NCBI GenBank assembly: GCA_902553945.1
Contig: CACDMT010000002.1
Span: forward strand, 8,083 to 72,082
From: an uncultured Alphaproteobacteria bacterium
GTDB taxonomy: Bacteria > Pseudomonadota > Alphaproteobacteria > HIMB59 > GCA-002718135
Direction of reading: 5' to 3'
DNA: 64,000 nt
Shown: positions 35,893 to 44,744 of the stretch, piece by piece
Numbering within the stretch: the stretch's first letter is position 1
Layout of the letters: every line of letters begins with the position of its first letter
The notes under the pieces: model-generated
What the model saw: only the letters and a program-made list of their open reading frames with translations
Databases searched by the model: none
Told to the model about the DNA's origin: nothing
Position numbers and translations under genes: made by a program

Positions 35893-36785
35893 TGCAAGCT
35901 AAAGAATACATTGGTGAAAGCTGGAAACATGGCATTTTAATAGTTGGTGCAATCCTTGTTCTACTTCCATTTTATATGATGGTTTCAATGTCGCTTAAAT
36001 CTCAGCAAGAAATTCAATCAATTTCTGGAGGTTTAATAGGAGCGCAAGAAGTTCAAACATTTCCAGTCTGTGTAAAAACTGGTTATTCTGAAGAAACATG
36101 CACAACAAAGCCATATATTTACAATTACTGGTTTGCTTTTGAAAAAGCTCCAATTCCAAGATACTTAATGAATGGAGTAATAGTAACTTTATCAATTTTT
36201 ATTATTCAAGTTCTTGTTGCTCTACCTTGTGCCTATGCTCTTGCCAAACTTCGGTTTTATGGACGGGAATTTGTATTTTCAATGGTATTATTTTGTTTAC
36301 TAATTCCTGTGCACGGGATTGCACTTCCTCTTTATGTAATGCTTGCCCAAGCCGGATTGGTTGATACCTATTCCGCCTTGATACTCCCCTGGACAATATC
36401 TGTATTTGGAATTTTTCTCATGCGGCAATTCTTTATGACAGTTCCAGATGAATTAATTGACGCCGCCAGGATGGATGGCATGGGAGAATATTCTATAGTA
36501 TGGAAAGTGATGCTCCCAACAGCAATACCCGCATTATTGGCATTTGCAATATTCTCAGTTGTTGCACACTGGAATGATTACTTCTGGCCGCGAATGGTTA
36601 TTACAGGGAATAGAGATCTATTTACTCCACCACTTGGTATTAGAGAATTTAGGGGAGGTATAGATAGTGATGAATTTGGACCAATGATGGCATCAATTGT
36701 AACTGTTACAGTTCCTTTAATTGTAGCTTTCATAATTGCACAAAAAAGATTTATTGAAGGAATTACTCTGACAGGGATGAAATAA
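35892..36785 (+). CDS. ABC transporter permease (UgpE/MalG-type)
   Basis: 297 aa with EAA loop DAARMDGMGEYSIVWKVMLP. It overlaps the preceding permease by 1 nt. Confidence 0.8.
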   Translation: MQAKEYIGESWKHGILIVGAILVLLPFYMMVSMSLKSQQEIQSISGGLIGAQEVQTFPVCVKTGYSEETCTTKPYIYNYWFAFEKAPIPRYLMNGVIVTLSIFIIQVLVALPCAYALAKLRFYGREFVFSMVLFCLLIPVHGIALPLYVMLAQAGLVDTYSALILPWTISVFGIFLMRQFFMTVPDELIDAARMDGMGEYSIVWKVMLPTAIPALLAFAIFSVVAHWNDYFWPRMVITGNRDLFTPPLGIREFRGGIDSDEFGPMMASIVTVTVPLIVAFIIAQKRFIEGITLTGMK

Positions 36786-36806
36786 AACTATAATTAGTTT
36801 TTTCTG

Positions 36807-37649
36807 ATGCCTGACTATTTTTTATTTTTGCTTATATTAATTGCTGCTCTTTCACACGCAGTCTGTCATAGCATTCTAAAGAACAATAAAAACCCTCTGG
36901 GAATATTAGGAGTAACATCTATTTTTGAAATAATAATTTTTACTCCACTTGTATTAAGTGTTCCTTTTCCAACAACTTATATTTGGATTTTAATTATTCT
37001 TTCTGCTTTCCTACATGGTTTGTATAGATTGTTTGTTGTTTACTCATATCAATATGGTGATTTATCATTCATATATCCAATAGCGAGAGGATCCTCATCT
37101 TTATTGCTAGCATTAATAAGTGTAATTTATTTATCAGATAAAATTTCTTTAATTGGTTTTGTTGCAATACTAATCGTTTGCTTCGGACTGTTTTTAATAT
37201 CATATTCAGATAAATTGAAGTTTAATTATACTGCTTTTGGATTGGGTTTTTTAACAGCTATTATGATAACAACATATACTCTAGTAGATGGCATTGGTGT
37301 TAGAAATTCTCCAAACCCATATACCTTTTTATATTGGATGCTTTTATTAAATGGAACTCCAGCATTAGTTGTTTCATTTTTATTTAGAAACAATGGAATA
37401 AGAGTGATTAATAAAAATCTTATTTTTACAGGCGTTTTATTCGGAATATTAGCTCCGTTAGCATATGGAATAGTAGTTTGGTGTATGCAATATTTACCAA
37501 TAGCGTATGTTTCATCTTTACGTGAGAGTAGTATAATATTTGCAACCTTAATTGGTATGATAATTCTTAAAGAGAATACAGCCTCAAAAAGATTGGTACC
37601 TTCAGTATTTGTTGTTCTTGGAATATCACTGTTATATTTTCAATTATAA
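36807..37649 (+). CDS. EamA/DMT-family transporter
   Basis: 280 aa with 10 TM-like segments in a duplicated EamA pattern. It starts 21 nt after the ABC permease. Confidence 0.65.
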   Translation: MPDYFLFLLILIAALSHAVCHSILKNNKNPLGILGVTSIFEIIIFTPLVLSVPFPTTYIWILIILSAFLHGLYRLFVVYSYQYGDLSFIYPIARGSSSLLLALISVIYLSDKISLIGFVAILIVCFGLFLISYSDKLKFNYTAFGLGFLTAIMITTYTLVDGIGVRNSPNPYTFLYWMLLLNGTPALVVSFLFRNNGIRVINKNLIFTGVLFGILAPLAYGIVVWCMQYLPIAYVSSLRESSIIFATLIGMIILKENTASKRLVPSVFVVLGISLLYFQL

Positions 37650-37707
37650 AGATAGACCTAAAATATTATTGGACATCAAATCTTAAATTTTCTATAGGTC
37701 CATTAAT

Positions 37708-37866
37708 ATGCCTGATATTGAACATGTAGAAGCAAATATTGAAACTATTTGTTGCGATGGTGGTGAAGATGGTTTAGGACATCCAGCAGTTTATTATACC
37801 TTCAATAATGAGGACAAAATTATTTGTGGTTATTGTGGTAAAATTTTTATAAGAAAAGAAGAGTAA
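37708..37866 (+). CDS. small zinc-finger protein (zf-CHCC / NDUFS6-like, 52 aa)
   Basis: Below the ORF-track size cut-off. The sequence is MPDIEHVEANIETICCDGGEDGLGHPAVYYTFNNEDKIICGYCGKIFIRKEE. The pattern C-x-GG-x4-GHP-x-V-Y...C-x-YC-x-x-x-F is the conserved alphaproteobacterial/mitochondrial zinc-finger family. Confidence 0.7.
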   Translation: MPDIEHVEANIETICCDGGEDGLGHPAVYYTFNNEDKIICGYCGKIFIRKEE

Positions 37867-37867
37867 A

Positions 37868-38230
37868 ATGTATAAAGAATCTTGGGGTTTAAAAAGGATC
37901 TGTCCAATGTGTAGTAAACAATACTATGATCTTGGAAGAACTGAATTAGAGTGTCCTGAGTGTGGTAAATTAATTGAAGTTACTACGATGACAAGACCAA
38001 GACGAGGAAGAAAACCAGGTAGTACAAATGCCGCTCCACTTACTAATCCTATACCGGCTAAACCTAAAGAAAAAGATGATGAACTTGATATTGAGAGCTT
38101 AGACTCAGATTTAGATAACAATGAAGATAATTTAGAGGATGATACTGTATTATTAGAAGATGAAACAGATATTGATCCTGCCGTTGATGCTGGTATTAAA
38201 CCAAAAGAAGACGGCGAAGAAGAATATTAA
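37868..38230 (+). CDS. zinc-ribbon protein with acidic tail (TIGR02300 / FYDLN_acid family)
   Basis: 120 aa. The sequence RICPMCSKQYYDLGRTELECPECG is followed by a basic stretch and a D/E-rich C-terminus. Confidence 0.7.
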   Translation: MYKESWGLKRICPMCSKQYYDLGRTELECPECGKLIEVTTMTRPRRGRKPGSTNAAPLTNPIPAKPKEKDDELDIESLDSDLDNNEDNLEDDTVLLEDETDIDPAVDAGIKPKEDGEEEY

Positions 38231-38253
38231 TAATTTACCAACAAAAATAAAGA

Positions 38254-39492
38254 ATGTTTACGATACTACAAAAGACTTGGGCGCTTTTTTTCGGCTTTGC
38301 TCTAATTAGCCTTGCTCATGGTTTGCAAGGAACATTAATTGGTGTTCGCTCTGTCATAGAAGAGTTTACATTTATATCAGCAGGGTTAATTATTGCTGGT
38401 TATTACATAGGTTATCTAAGTGGTGCATTAACGATCCCAATTTTTTTGCAAAGAGTTGGTCATATTAGAGTTTTTGCTGCTTTAGCTTCTTTAGCATCAA
38501 TTGCGATTTTATTACATTCAGTTTTTTTACATCCTTATTCATGGTTCTTCATTAGAATTATAACTGGGGTGAGTTTGTCAGGAATTTATGTGATTATGGA
38601 AAGTTGGTTAAATAATAAAGCAACTAATGAAACTAGAGGAAAATTACTGTCTATATATATGATTATCACTTTTGTTTTTGTGGGTTTGGGACAATTTTTA
38701 TTAAATTTAAGTGACCCTGCTAAAGTTGATTTATTTATTTTAGTTTCAATTTTACTTTCATTTTCACTACTACCAATATTATTATCAAATACTGAGCAGC
38801 CAACTATAAGTGATACAAAATATTTTACTTTAAAAGAATTTTATATTTTATCTCCTTTAGGTTTTATAAGTGCTTTAATGATAGGTCTTGCACATAGTGC
38901 TTTATTTGGCTTTGGAGCAGTATATGTTTCTTCAAAAGGGTTTACTCTTTTTGAAATTTCAATTTTTATGGTAAGTATTTCTTCCTTCGGTGCATTGGCT
39001 CAGTGGCCAATAGGATATATTTCAGACAAAATTGATAGACGGATTATATTAATAGCAATAACTTTTATAGCGGCTGGATTAAGTATTTTTATTGTGATAT
39101 CCTCGTATTTATCTTTTATTTTATTTATAATTCTCTCTGGAATATTTTCTGCAATGTCTCTTCCAATGTTTTCTGTGGCTGTTGCTCATGTAAATGATTT
39201 TTTGGAGTCTAATGAAATTATTTCGGCATCTTCTACCTTTAATATTTTAATAGGTGTTGGCTCAATTATTGGTCCTATTTTAGTATCTAGTTCAATGACA
39301 TTAGTTGGCCCTAATGGCTTTTTTATATATTTATTTATCGTCCATGGAACTTTGGGTTTATTTGGATTGTATCGTATGGCAAGAAGAGTTAAACCGCGTG
39401 ATTTAGAATCTCAATATATACCTTTACCACGTAATATAAGTGCTGCTGGTATGGAGATGAATCCTGTTATCGAACCAACTCAAGAGGATTAA
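38254..39492 (+). CDS. MFS transporter
   Basis: 412 aa with about 12 TM segments and an MFS loop motif (ISDKIDRRIILI). Confidence 0.7.
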   Translation: MFTILQKTWALFFGFALISLAHGLQGTLIGVRSVIEEFTFISAGLIIAGYYIGYLSGALTIPIFLQRVGHIRVFAALASLASIAILLHSVFLHPYSWFFIRIITGVSLSGIYVIMESWLNNKATNETRGKLLSIYMIITFVFVGLGQFLLNLSDPAKVDLFILVSILLSFSLLPILLSNTEQPTISDTKYFTLKEFYILSPLGFISALMIGLAHSALFGFGAVYVSSKGFTLFEISIFMVSISSFGALAQWPIGYISDKIDRRIILIAITFIAAGLSIFIVISSYLSFILFIILSGIFSAMSLPMFSVAVAHVNDFLESNEIISASSTFNILIGVGSIIGPILVSSSMTLVGPNGFFIYLFIVHGTLGLFGLYRMARRVKPRDLESQYIPLPRNISAAGMEMNPVIEPTQED

Positions 39493-40075
39493 GTTTTTTG
39501 GCTATTCTTTGTAGGAGCAATAAAACAATTATACCCATATAAATCATTGGTTCAGTTTTATCTGCGCGAACCAACATATAAAAATGAAAACTTGATAATA
39601 TAACTGCTGGATAAATTAAATAATGAATTTTTTTCCATACTTTAAAGCCTAATCTTTTTACCATTTGATTTGTTGAAGTTAACGCCAATGGAATAAGACA
39701 AAGGAAACTAATAAAACCAAAAGTAATAAATGGCCTTTTAATTATATCTTTAAATATAAAATTTATATCAAGAAAATGATCTAGAAATATGTAAGTTGAA
39801 AAATGAAGAGTAACATAATAGAACGCAAATAATCCTATCATCCGTCTAAATAAAACAATAGATTTTAATTTTTTAATATTTGCTAATGTAGTAATCGTTA
39901 AAGTTAATATGATTAGTCTTAAAGCCATCAAGCCAAACTCATCCATTATTCTTTCGATTGGATTGACACCTAAATTTCCTGTTATAAACTGCAATATCCA
40001 GAGAAGACTGGGAAATAAAAGTAAAAGGAAAATATAAGGTTTGCTTCGATTAAAATTTTTTGTTGAAAACATCAA
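39467..40075 (-). CDS. msrQ: protein-methionine-sulfoxide reductase heme-binding subunit MsrQ (YedZ)
   Basis: 202 aa. It has GNLGVNPIERI, conserved His-containing TM helices and FRRMIGLFAFYYVTLHF. It is downstream of msrP. Confidence 0.8.
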   Translation of the reverse strand: MMFSTKNFNRSKPYIFLLLLFPSLLWILQFITGNLGVNPIERIMDEFGLMALRLIILTLTITTLANIKKLKSIVLFRRMIGLFAFYYVTLHFSTYIFLDHFLDINFIFKDIIKRPFITFGFISFLCLIPLALTSTNQMVKRLGFKVWKKIHYLIYPAVILSSFHFYMLVRADKTEPMIYMGIIVLLLLQRIAKKLNPLELVR

Positions 40076-40993
40076 CTAGTAAAATTTTGTCATATCTAAA
40101 TCTTTGTAAAGATGTGCGACTTCTTCTTCATAGCCGTTAAACATAAGAGTCTCTCTTCTTTTAAATTCACCTATTCGTCTTTCAGTTGATTGACTCCAAC
40201 GAGGATGATCAACGCTTGGGTTAACATTTGCATAAAAACCATACTCCCAAGGAGCAAGAGTTTCCCAAGAAGTTTCTGGTTGTTCATTTAAGAATCGTAT
40301 CGCTACAATTGATTTAATTGATTTAAAACCATATTTCCAAGGAACAACAAGTCTGATAGGTGCTCCATTTTGATTTGGCATTTTGTGTCCATATAATCCT
40401 GTTGCAAGAATAGTTAAGGAGTTCATAGCTTCATCCATTCTTAAACCTTCTCTGTAAGGCCAAATAATTGTTCTCTTTTGTTGGCCAGGCATTTCTTCTG
40501 GTCTTAAAACTGTAACGAATTGGATGTACTTTGCTGAACTTAAAGGATCGGCAATTTTAATTAATTCAGATAATTGAAAACCTTGCCAAGGAATAACCAT
40601 AGACCAAGCTTCCACACATCTAAGCCTATAAACTCTATCCTCTACAGTAACTTTAGATAATAATTTTTCTAGATCGATAGTTTGAGGATTGTTAATTAAT
40701 CCCTCTAACTTTATTGACCATGGATTTGGATTAAAATTTCCAGAATTTAAAGATGGATGTTTTTTATGAGTCCCAAATTCATAAAAATTATTATAGGTCG
40801 TTATTTCTTCATAGGAGTTTATTGTATCATTTTCTCCTAAAAATTTATTATAAATATCAGGACTAGCCTGATGGTTAGCAAATACATTTGAGGAGATAGT
40901 CGTTGCTAGTGCCGTTGCAAATGTACCTTTAATAAATTTGCGTCTATTTAAATAGGTTGAGTATGGGGTAATCTCTGATCCTAATATTTTCAT
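40076..40993 (-). CDS. msrP: protein-methionine-sulfoxide reductase catalytic subunit MsrP (YedY, molybdopterin)
   Basis: 305 aa with the Tat signal NRRKFIKGTFA. It has the sulfite-oxidase-family core (YRLRCVEAWSMVIPW; APIRLVVPWKYGFKSIK). Confidence 0.85.
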   Translation of the reverse strand: MKILGSEITPYSTYLNRRKFIKGTFATALATTISSNVFANHQASPDIYNKFLGENDTINSYEEITTYNNFYEFGTHKKHPSLNSGNFNPNPWSIKLEGLINNPQTIDLEKLLSKVTVEDRVYRLRCVEAWSMVIPWQGFQLSELIKIADPLSSAKYIQFVTVLRPEEMPGQQKRTIIWPYREGLRMDEAMNSLTILATGLYGHKMPNQNGAPIRLVVPWKYGFKSIKSIVAIRFLNEQPETSWETLAPWEYGFYANVNPSVDHPRWSQSTERRIGEFKRRETLMFNGYEEEVAHLYKDLDMTKFY

Positions 40994-41079
40994 AATTCTA
41001 ATATATAGTAATATTTATAAATTTGAAGATTGATGAAGAACAGCTTTATCAAATCCAAATAAATTGTTAGGATATAAAA

Positions 41080-42870
41080 ATGAAAAGAATGCTTTTCAAT
41101 ATAGCGGCTTTATTTGTTTTATTATCTTTTCAAAATTATAGTCACGCTAATAAAGTACATGGTATTGCCATGCATGGTGAGCCAAAATATGAAAGCAGTT
41201 TTAGACATTTAGATTATGTCAATCCTAATGCGCCAAAAGGTGGTGAAGTTAAATTTGGATCTTATGGTTCATTTGATAATTTAAATAGAGTAGCCTTCAA
41301 AGGGTCTAAGGCAGCTGGTTTAGGTTATATCAATGATACATTAATGAGACGTGTCTGGGATGAAGCTTTTTCCTTGTACGGTTTAATAGCTGAATTCGTT
41401 GAAATGCCAGATGATAGATCCTCAATTACATTTTATTTAAATCCAAATGCAACTTTTCACGATGGTTCACAAATTACTCGGGAAGACGTTTTATTTAGCC
41501 TTGAAACATTTCAAACCAAAGGAACACCTAATCAGAAAAAAACTTACGGAAAAGTAATTACAACAGAATTAATTGGTAACAATGGTATTAAAATGAATTT
41601 TATTAATAATGAAGATAAAGAACTCCCATTAATAGTAGCTGGATTTTTACCAATCATTCCAAAAAAATTTTATGAAAACTTAGATGTTACCAAAACGTTC
41701 TTGGATATCCCCCTTGGCAGTGGGCCTTATACTATTGATAGCCTCGATCCAGGACGTCAAATTAAATACAAACGAGTTGAAGATTATTGGGCTAAAGATT
41801 TGCCTGTTAATAAAGGGCTTTATAATTTTGATACAATTATTTATGATTATTATAAGGACTCTAATGTTTTAGTGGAAGCTTTTAAAGTTGGTGAATACGA
41901 CTTTAGAAGAGAATATAATGTAAAACGTTGGCTTACAGAATATGGTTTCAATGCTGTTGATACTGGCGAGGTAGTATTAAAAGAAATGAACAACGATAGA
42001 CCTGTAGGAATGAATGGTCTGGTTTTAAATACACGACGTGACTTATTTAAAAATAGAAATGTTCGTCTTGCTCTCAGTTATGCTTATGATCATGAATGGA
42101 TAAATAAAACAATATATCAGAATGCTTACGTTAGAACTGATAGCTATTTTGATAACTCACCTTTAGCTTCATCTGGCTTGCCTTCTGATAAAGAATTAGA
42201 ATTATTAAACCCTTGGAAAAATCAATTGCCAGCTGAAGTATTTTCAGAAACATTTTCACCACCTAAAACAGATGGAAGTGGAAATGATAGAAAAAATCTT
42301 TTGATGGCAAAAGAAATTTTAGAAAAAGAAGGATGGTTTATTGAAAACGGTAAACTAATAAAAAATGGGGAAGAATTTAAGTTTGAATTTTTAATTGTTA
42401 GTCCATCAGATGAAAAAATAGCATTAGCATTTCAGAGTAACTTGAAAAAACTTGGCATAACTATGGATGTTAGAACTGTTGATTCATCACAATATCAAGC
42501 ACGCTTACTTAATTACGATTTTGATATGATAAAGCGCTATTGGGGAGTTAGTCTTAGCCCTGGTAATGAACAACAATTTTATTGGGGATCTGAAGTTGGA
42601 AAAAAAGACGGTAGTAGAAATTATTCTGGAATTAATAGTCCAGTTATTGATGCTTTAATCGAAAAACTTATCAGTGCTAATGATCGAATTGAATTATTAA
42701 CAGCCATTCATGCTCTTGATAGAGTTCTGTTATGGGGTCATTATGTAATTCCATTATATCATAGCAATAAAGATAGAATTGCGTATTGGGATTTTTTTGA
42801 ATACCCAGATAAAATACCACTTTATGGAATTGTAATTGAATCTTGGTGGATTAATAAAGACAAAAAATAA
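41080..42870 (+). CDS. ABC transporter substrate-binding protein, family 5 (YejA/oligopeptide-like), orphan
   Basis: 596 aa with a signal peptide and SBP_bac_5 architecture. No cognate permease or ATPase gene is adjacent. Confidence 0.7.
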   Translation: MKRMLFNIAALFVLLSFQNYSHANKVHGIAMHGEPKYESSFRHLDYVNPNAPKGGEVKFGSYGSFDNLNRVAFKGSKAAGLGYINDTLMRRVWDEAFSLYGLIAEFVEMPDDRSSITFYLNPNATFHDGSQITREDVLFSLETFQTKGTPNQKKTYGKVITTELIGNNGIKMNFINNEDKELPLIVAGFLPIIPKKFYENLDVTKTFLDIPLGSGPYTIDSLDPGRQIKYKRVEDYWAKDLPVNKGLYNFDTIIYDYYKDSNVLVEAFKVGEYDFRREYNVKRWLTEYGFNAVDTGEVVLKEMNNDRPVGMNGLVLNTRRDLFKNRNVRLALSYAYDHEWINKTIYQNAYVRTDSYFDNSPLASSGLPSDKELELLNPWKNQLPAEVFSETFSPPKTDGSGNDRKNLLMAKEILEKEGWFIENGKLIKNGEEFKFEFLIVSPSDEKIALAFQSNLKKLGITMDVRTVDSSQYQARLLNYDFDMIKRYWGVSLSPGNEQQFYWGSEVGKKDGSRNYSGINSPVIDALIEKLISANDRIELLTAIHALDRVLLWGHYVIPLYHSNKDRIAYWDFFEYPDKIPLYGIVIESWWINKDKK

Positions 42871-42888
42871 AAAATTTACTTATTCATA

Positions 42889-43773
42889 ATGAGCCATACT
42901 AGAGCAAATATTCTCATGCTAATTGCATCCTTAATTTGGGGAACAGCATTTGTTAGTCAAACAACAGGCATGGGTGCTATTGGACCTTTTACCTTTAGCT
43001 TTGGAAGATTCTTTTTTGCTTTTCTTACAGTCATTCCCTTTGCGCTTTATTTAGAAAGGGGAAATGTTTCTAAAATATTAAACGATAGAAAAAAAATTTA
43101 TTTATGTATTGCTACAGGGTTTTTTCTATTTGGTGGTATGGGATTACAACAATATGCTTTACAAAAATCACTAATATCTAATGCTGCTTTCTTGAGCACA
43201 CTTTATGTTCCTTTTGTTGGAATTATTTCAAGGTTTATAATTAAAAAACAGGTTCACTGGATAATTTGGGTTGCTATATTGCTTTGCTTATACGGATCCT
43301 ATTTATTATCATCTAATCAATCGATTGAAATTCAACAATCAGATTCACTTTTATTTATTGCAGCTTTATTTTTTGCATTACACATTATTTGTATTGATAT
43401 TTTTATAAAGGAATTGAACAGTCCGTTCCTTTTTGGAAGTATTCAATATTTTATAGTTTTTCTCCTCTCAATAATATTAGCTTTTACTTGGGAAGATCCA
43501 AAATTGTCAAATATGCAAATCGAATGGTTTGAAATTTTATATACAGGAATCTTTTCAGCAGGAATTGGATATACGCTGCAAATTATTGCTCAGCATAAAG
43601 CCAATCCTGCGCCAGCTGCTATTATTTTATCAATGGAATCAGTTTTTGCTGCCATTGCTGGATGGATATTATTGAATCAGGTTTTAGACACACAAAAGAT
43701 ACTTGGATGTCTTGCAATATTTGTTGGAGTCATTATAGTGCAATTAGTACCAATAATAATTAAACAAAAATGA
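42889..43773 (+). CDS. EamA/DMT-family transporter
   Basis: 294 aa with 10 TM segments and two EamA repeats. Confidence 0.7.
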   Translation: MSHTRANILMLIASLIWGTAFVSQTTGMGAIGPFTFSFGRFFFAFLTVIPFALYLERGNVSKILNDRKKIYLCIATGFFLFGGMGLQQYALQKSLISNAAFLSTLYVPFVGIISRFIIKKQVHWIIWVAILLCLYGSYLLSSNQSIEIQQSDSLLFIAALFFALHIICIDIFIKELNSPFLFGSIQYFIVFLLSIILAFTWEDPKLSNMQIEWFEILYTGIFSAGIGYTLQIIAQHKANPAPAAIILSMESVFAAIAGWILLNQVLDTQKILGCLAIFVGVIIVQLVPIIIKQK

Positions 43774-44744
43774 GTGAAAAATTAGATGTTGTAGGAATAG
43801 GAAATGCGATGGTTGACGCTATCATTCCATCTAATCAAAGTGAAATCGAAAAGCATGACATTAATAGAGATTCTATGAATCTTATTGATGAAAGTTTAAA
43901 AAATAATCTGCATGAAAGTTATTCGATAAAAGAAATGGCAGGTGGTGGATCCTTAGGAAATTCTATGTTTGGTATTACTTCTTTTGGTGGAAATGGGAGT
44001 TTTATTGGTAAAATTAAAAATGATGAAATAGGCGTTTATCTTCAAAAAGATATGATGAGAGAAGGATTGAAATTTCCTTTAGGTTTCACATCTCCTGATA
44101 TCTCTACAGGTTGTTGCACTATCTTTGTAGAAGAAGATGGAACTCGAACAATGTGTACTTTTTTAGGTGCTGGAACATTGATTGGACCAGAAGATATTAA
44201 AGAGGATGATATTAAAAATCATAAGATTGCATATTTAGAAGGATATTTATGGGACAACGAAAATGCAAAAAAAGCTATGAAAAAAATGGTTGATATTTGT
44301 AAAGCAGATAATCAAAAAATTGCTTTCACACTCTCAGATTTATTTTGTGTCGATCGTCATCGCGATTCTTTTCAAGAATTAATAAATAATGATGTTGATA
44401 TTCTTTTTGCCAACGAAGATGAAATTAAATCTATGGCTCAAACTTCAAGCTTTGAAGAGGGTTTAGAATATGCAAAGTCATTAAATATTACAGCAGCTAT
44501 AACTAAAGGAAGTAGTGGATCTGTAGTTGTATCAAATGGTGTTGTTACAGAAATTAGCGCGCAAAAAGTTGAAAAAGTTGTTGATACTACTGGTGCAGGT
44601 GATTTATTTGCAGCTGGTTTTCTATATGGATATTCAAAAAATAAAAGTATGGAAGAATGTGGTAATTATGCATCAATCGCTGCTGCTGAAATTATATCCC
44701 ATTATGGTGCTAGACCTTTAGTAAAATTATCTAGTCTAATTTAG
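43770..44744 (+). CDS. PfkB-family kinase, adenosine kinase-like
   Basis: 324 aa with a GG motif (MAGGGSLGNS) and the C-terminal anion-hole DTTGAGDLFAAGFLYG. Confidence 0.65.
   Translation: MSEKLDVVGIGNAMVDAIIPSNQSEIEKHDINRDSMNLIDESLKNNLHESYSIKEMAGGGSLGNSMFGITSFGGNGSFIGKIKNDEIGVYLQKDMMREGLKFPLGFTSPDISTGCCTIFVEEDGTRTMCTFLGAGTLIGPEDIKEDDIKNHKIAYLEGYLWDNENAKKAMKKMVDICKADNQKIAFTLSDLFCVDRHRDSFQELINNDVDILFANEDEIKSMAQTSSFEEGLEYAKSLNITAAITKGSSGSVVVSNGVVTEISAQKVEKVVDTTGAGDLFAAGFLYGYSKNKSMEECGNYASIAAAEIISHYGARPLVKLSSLI

Noticed and set aside
22408-37649. Search for C-P lyase (phnGHIJKLM), phnCDE, phnX, phnY* (2-OG dioxygenase), PEP mutase or MpnS/HEPD-size bicupins.
   Set aside because: No ORF in the block, or anywhere else in the window, has the size and motifs of these families. 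Their absence is used as context only and says nothing about the rest of the genome.
37654-37700. Weak inverted repeat GACCTA...TAGGTC after the EamA gene.
   Set aside because: It has a stem of only 6 bp, a loop of about 30 nt, and no U-tract.
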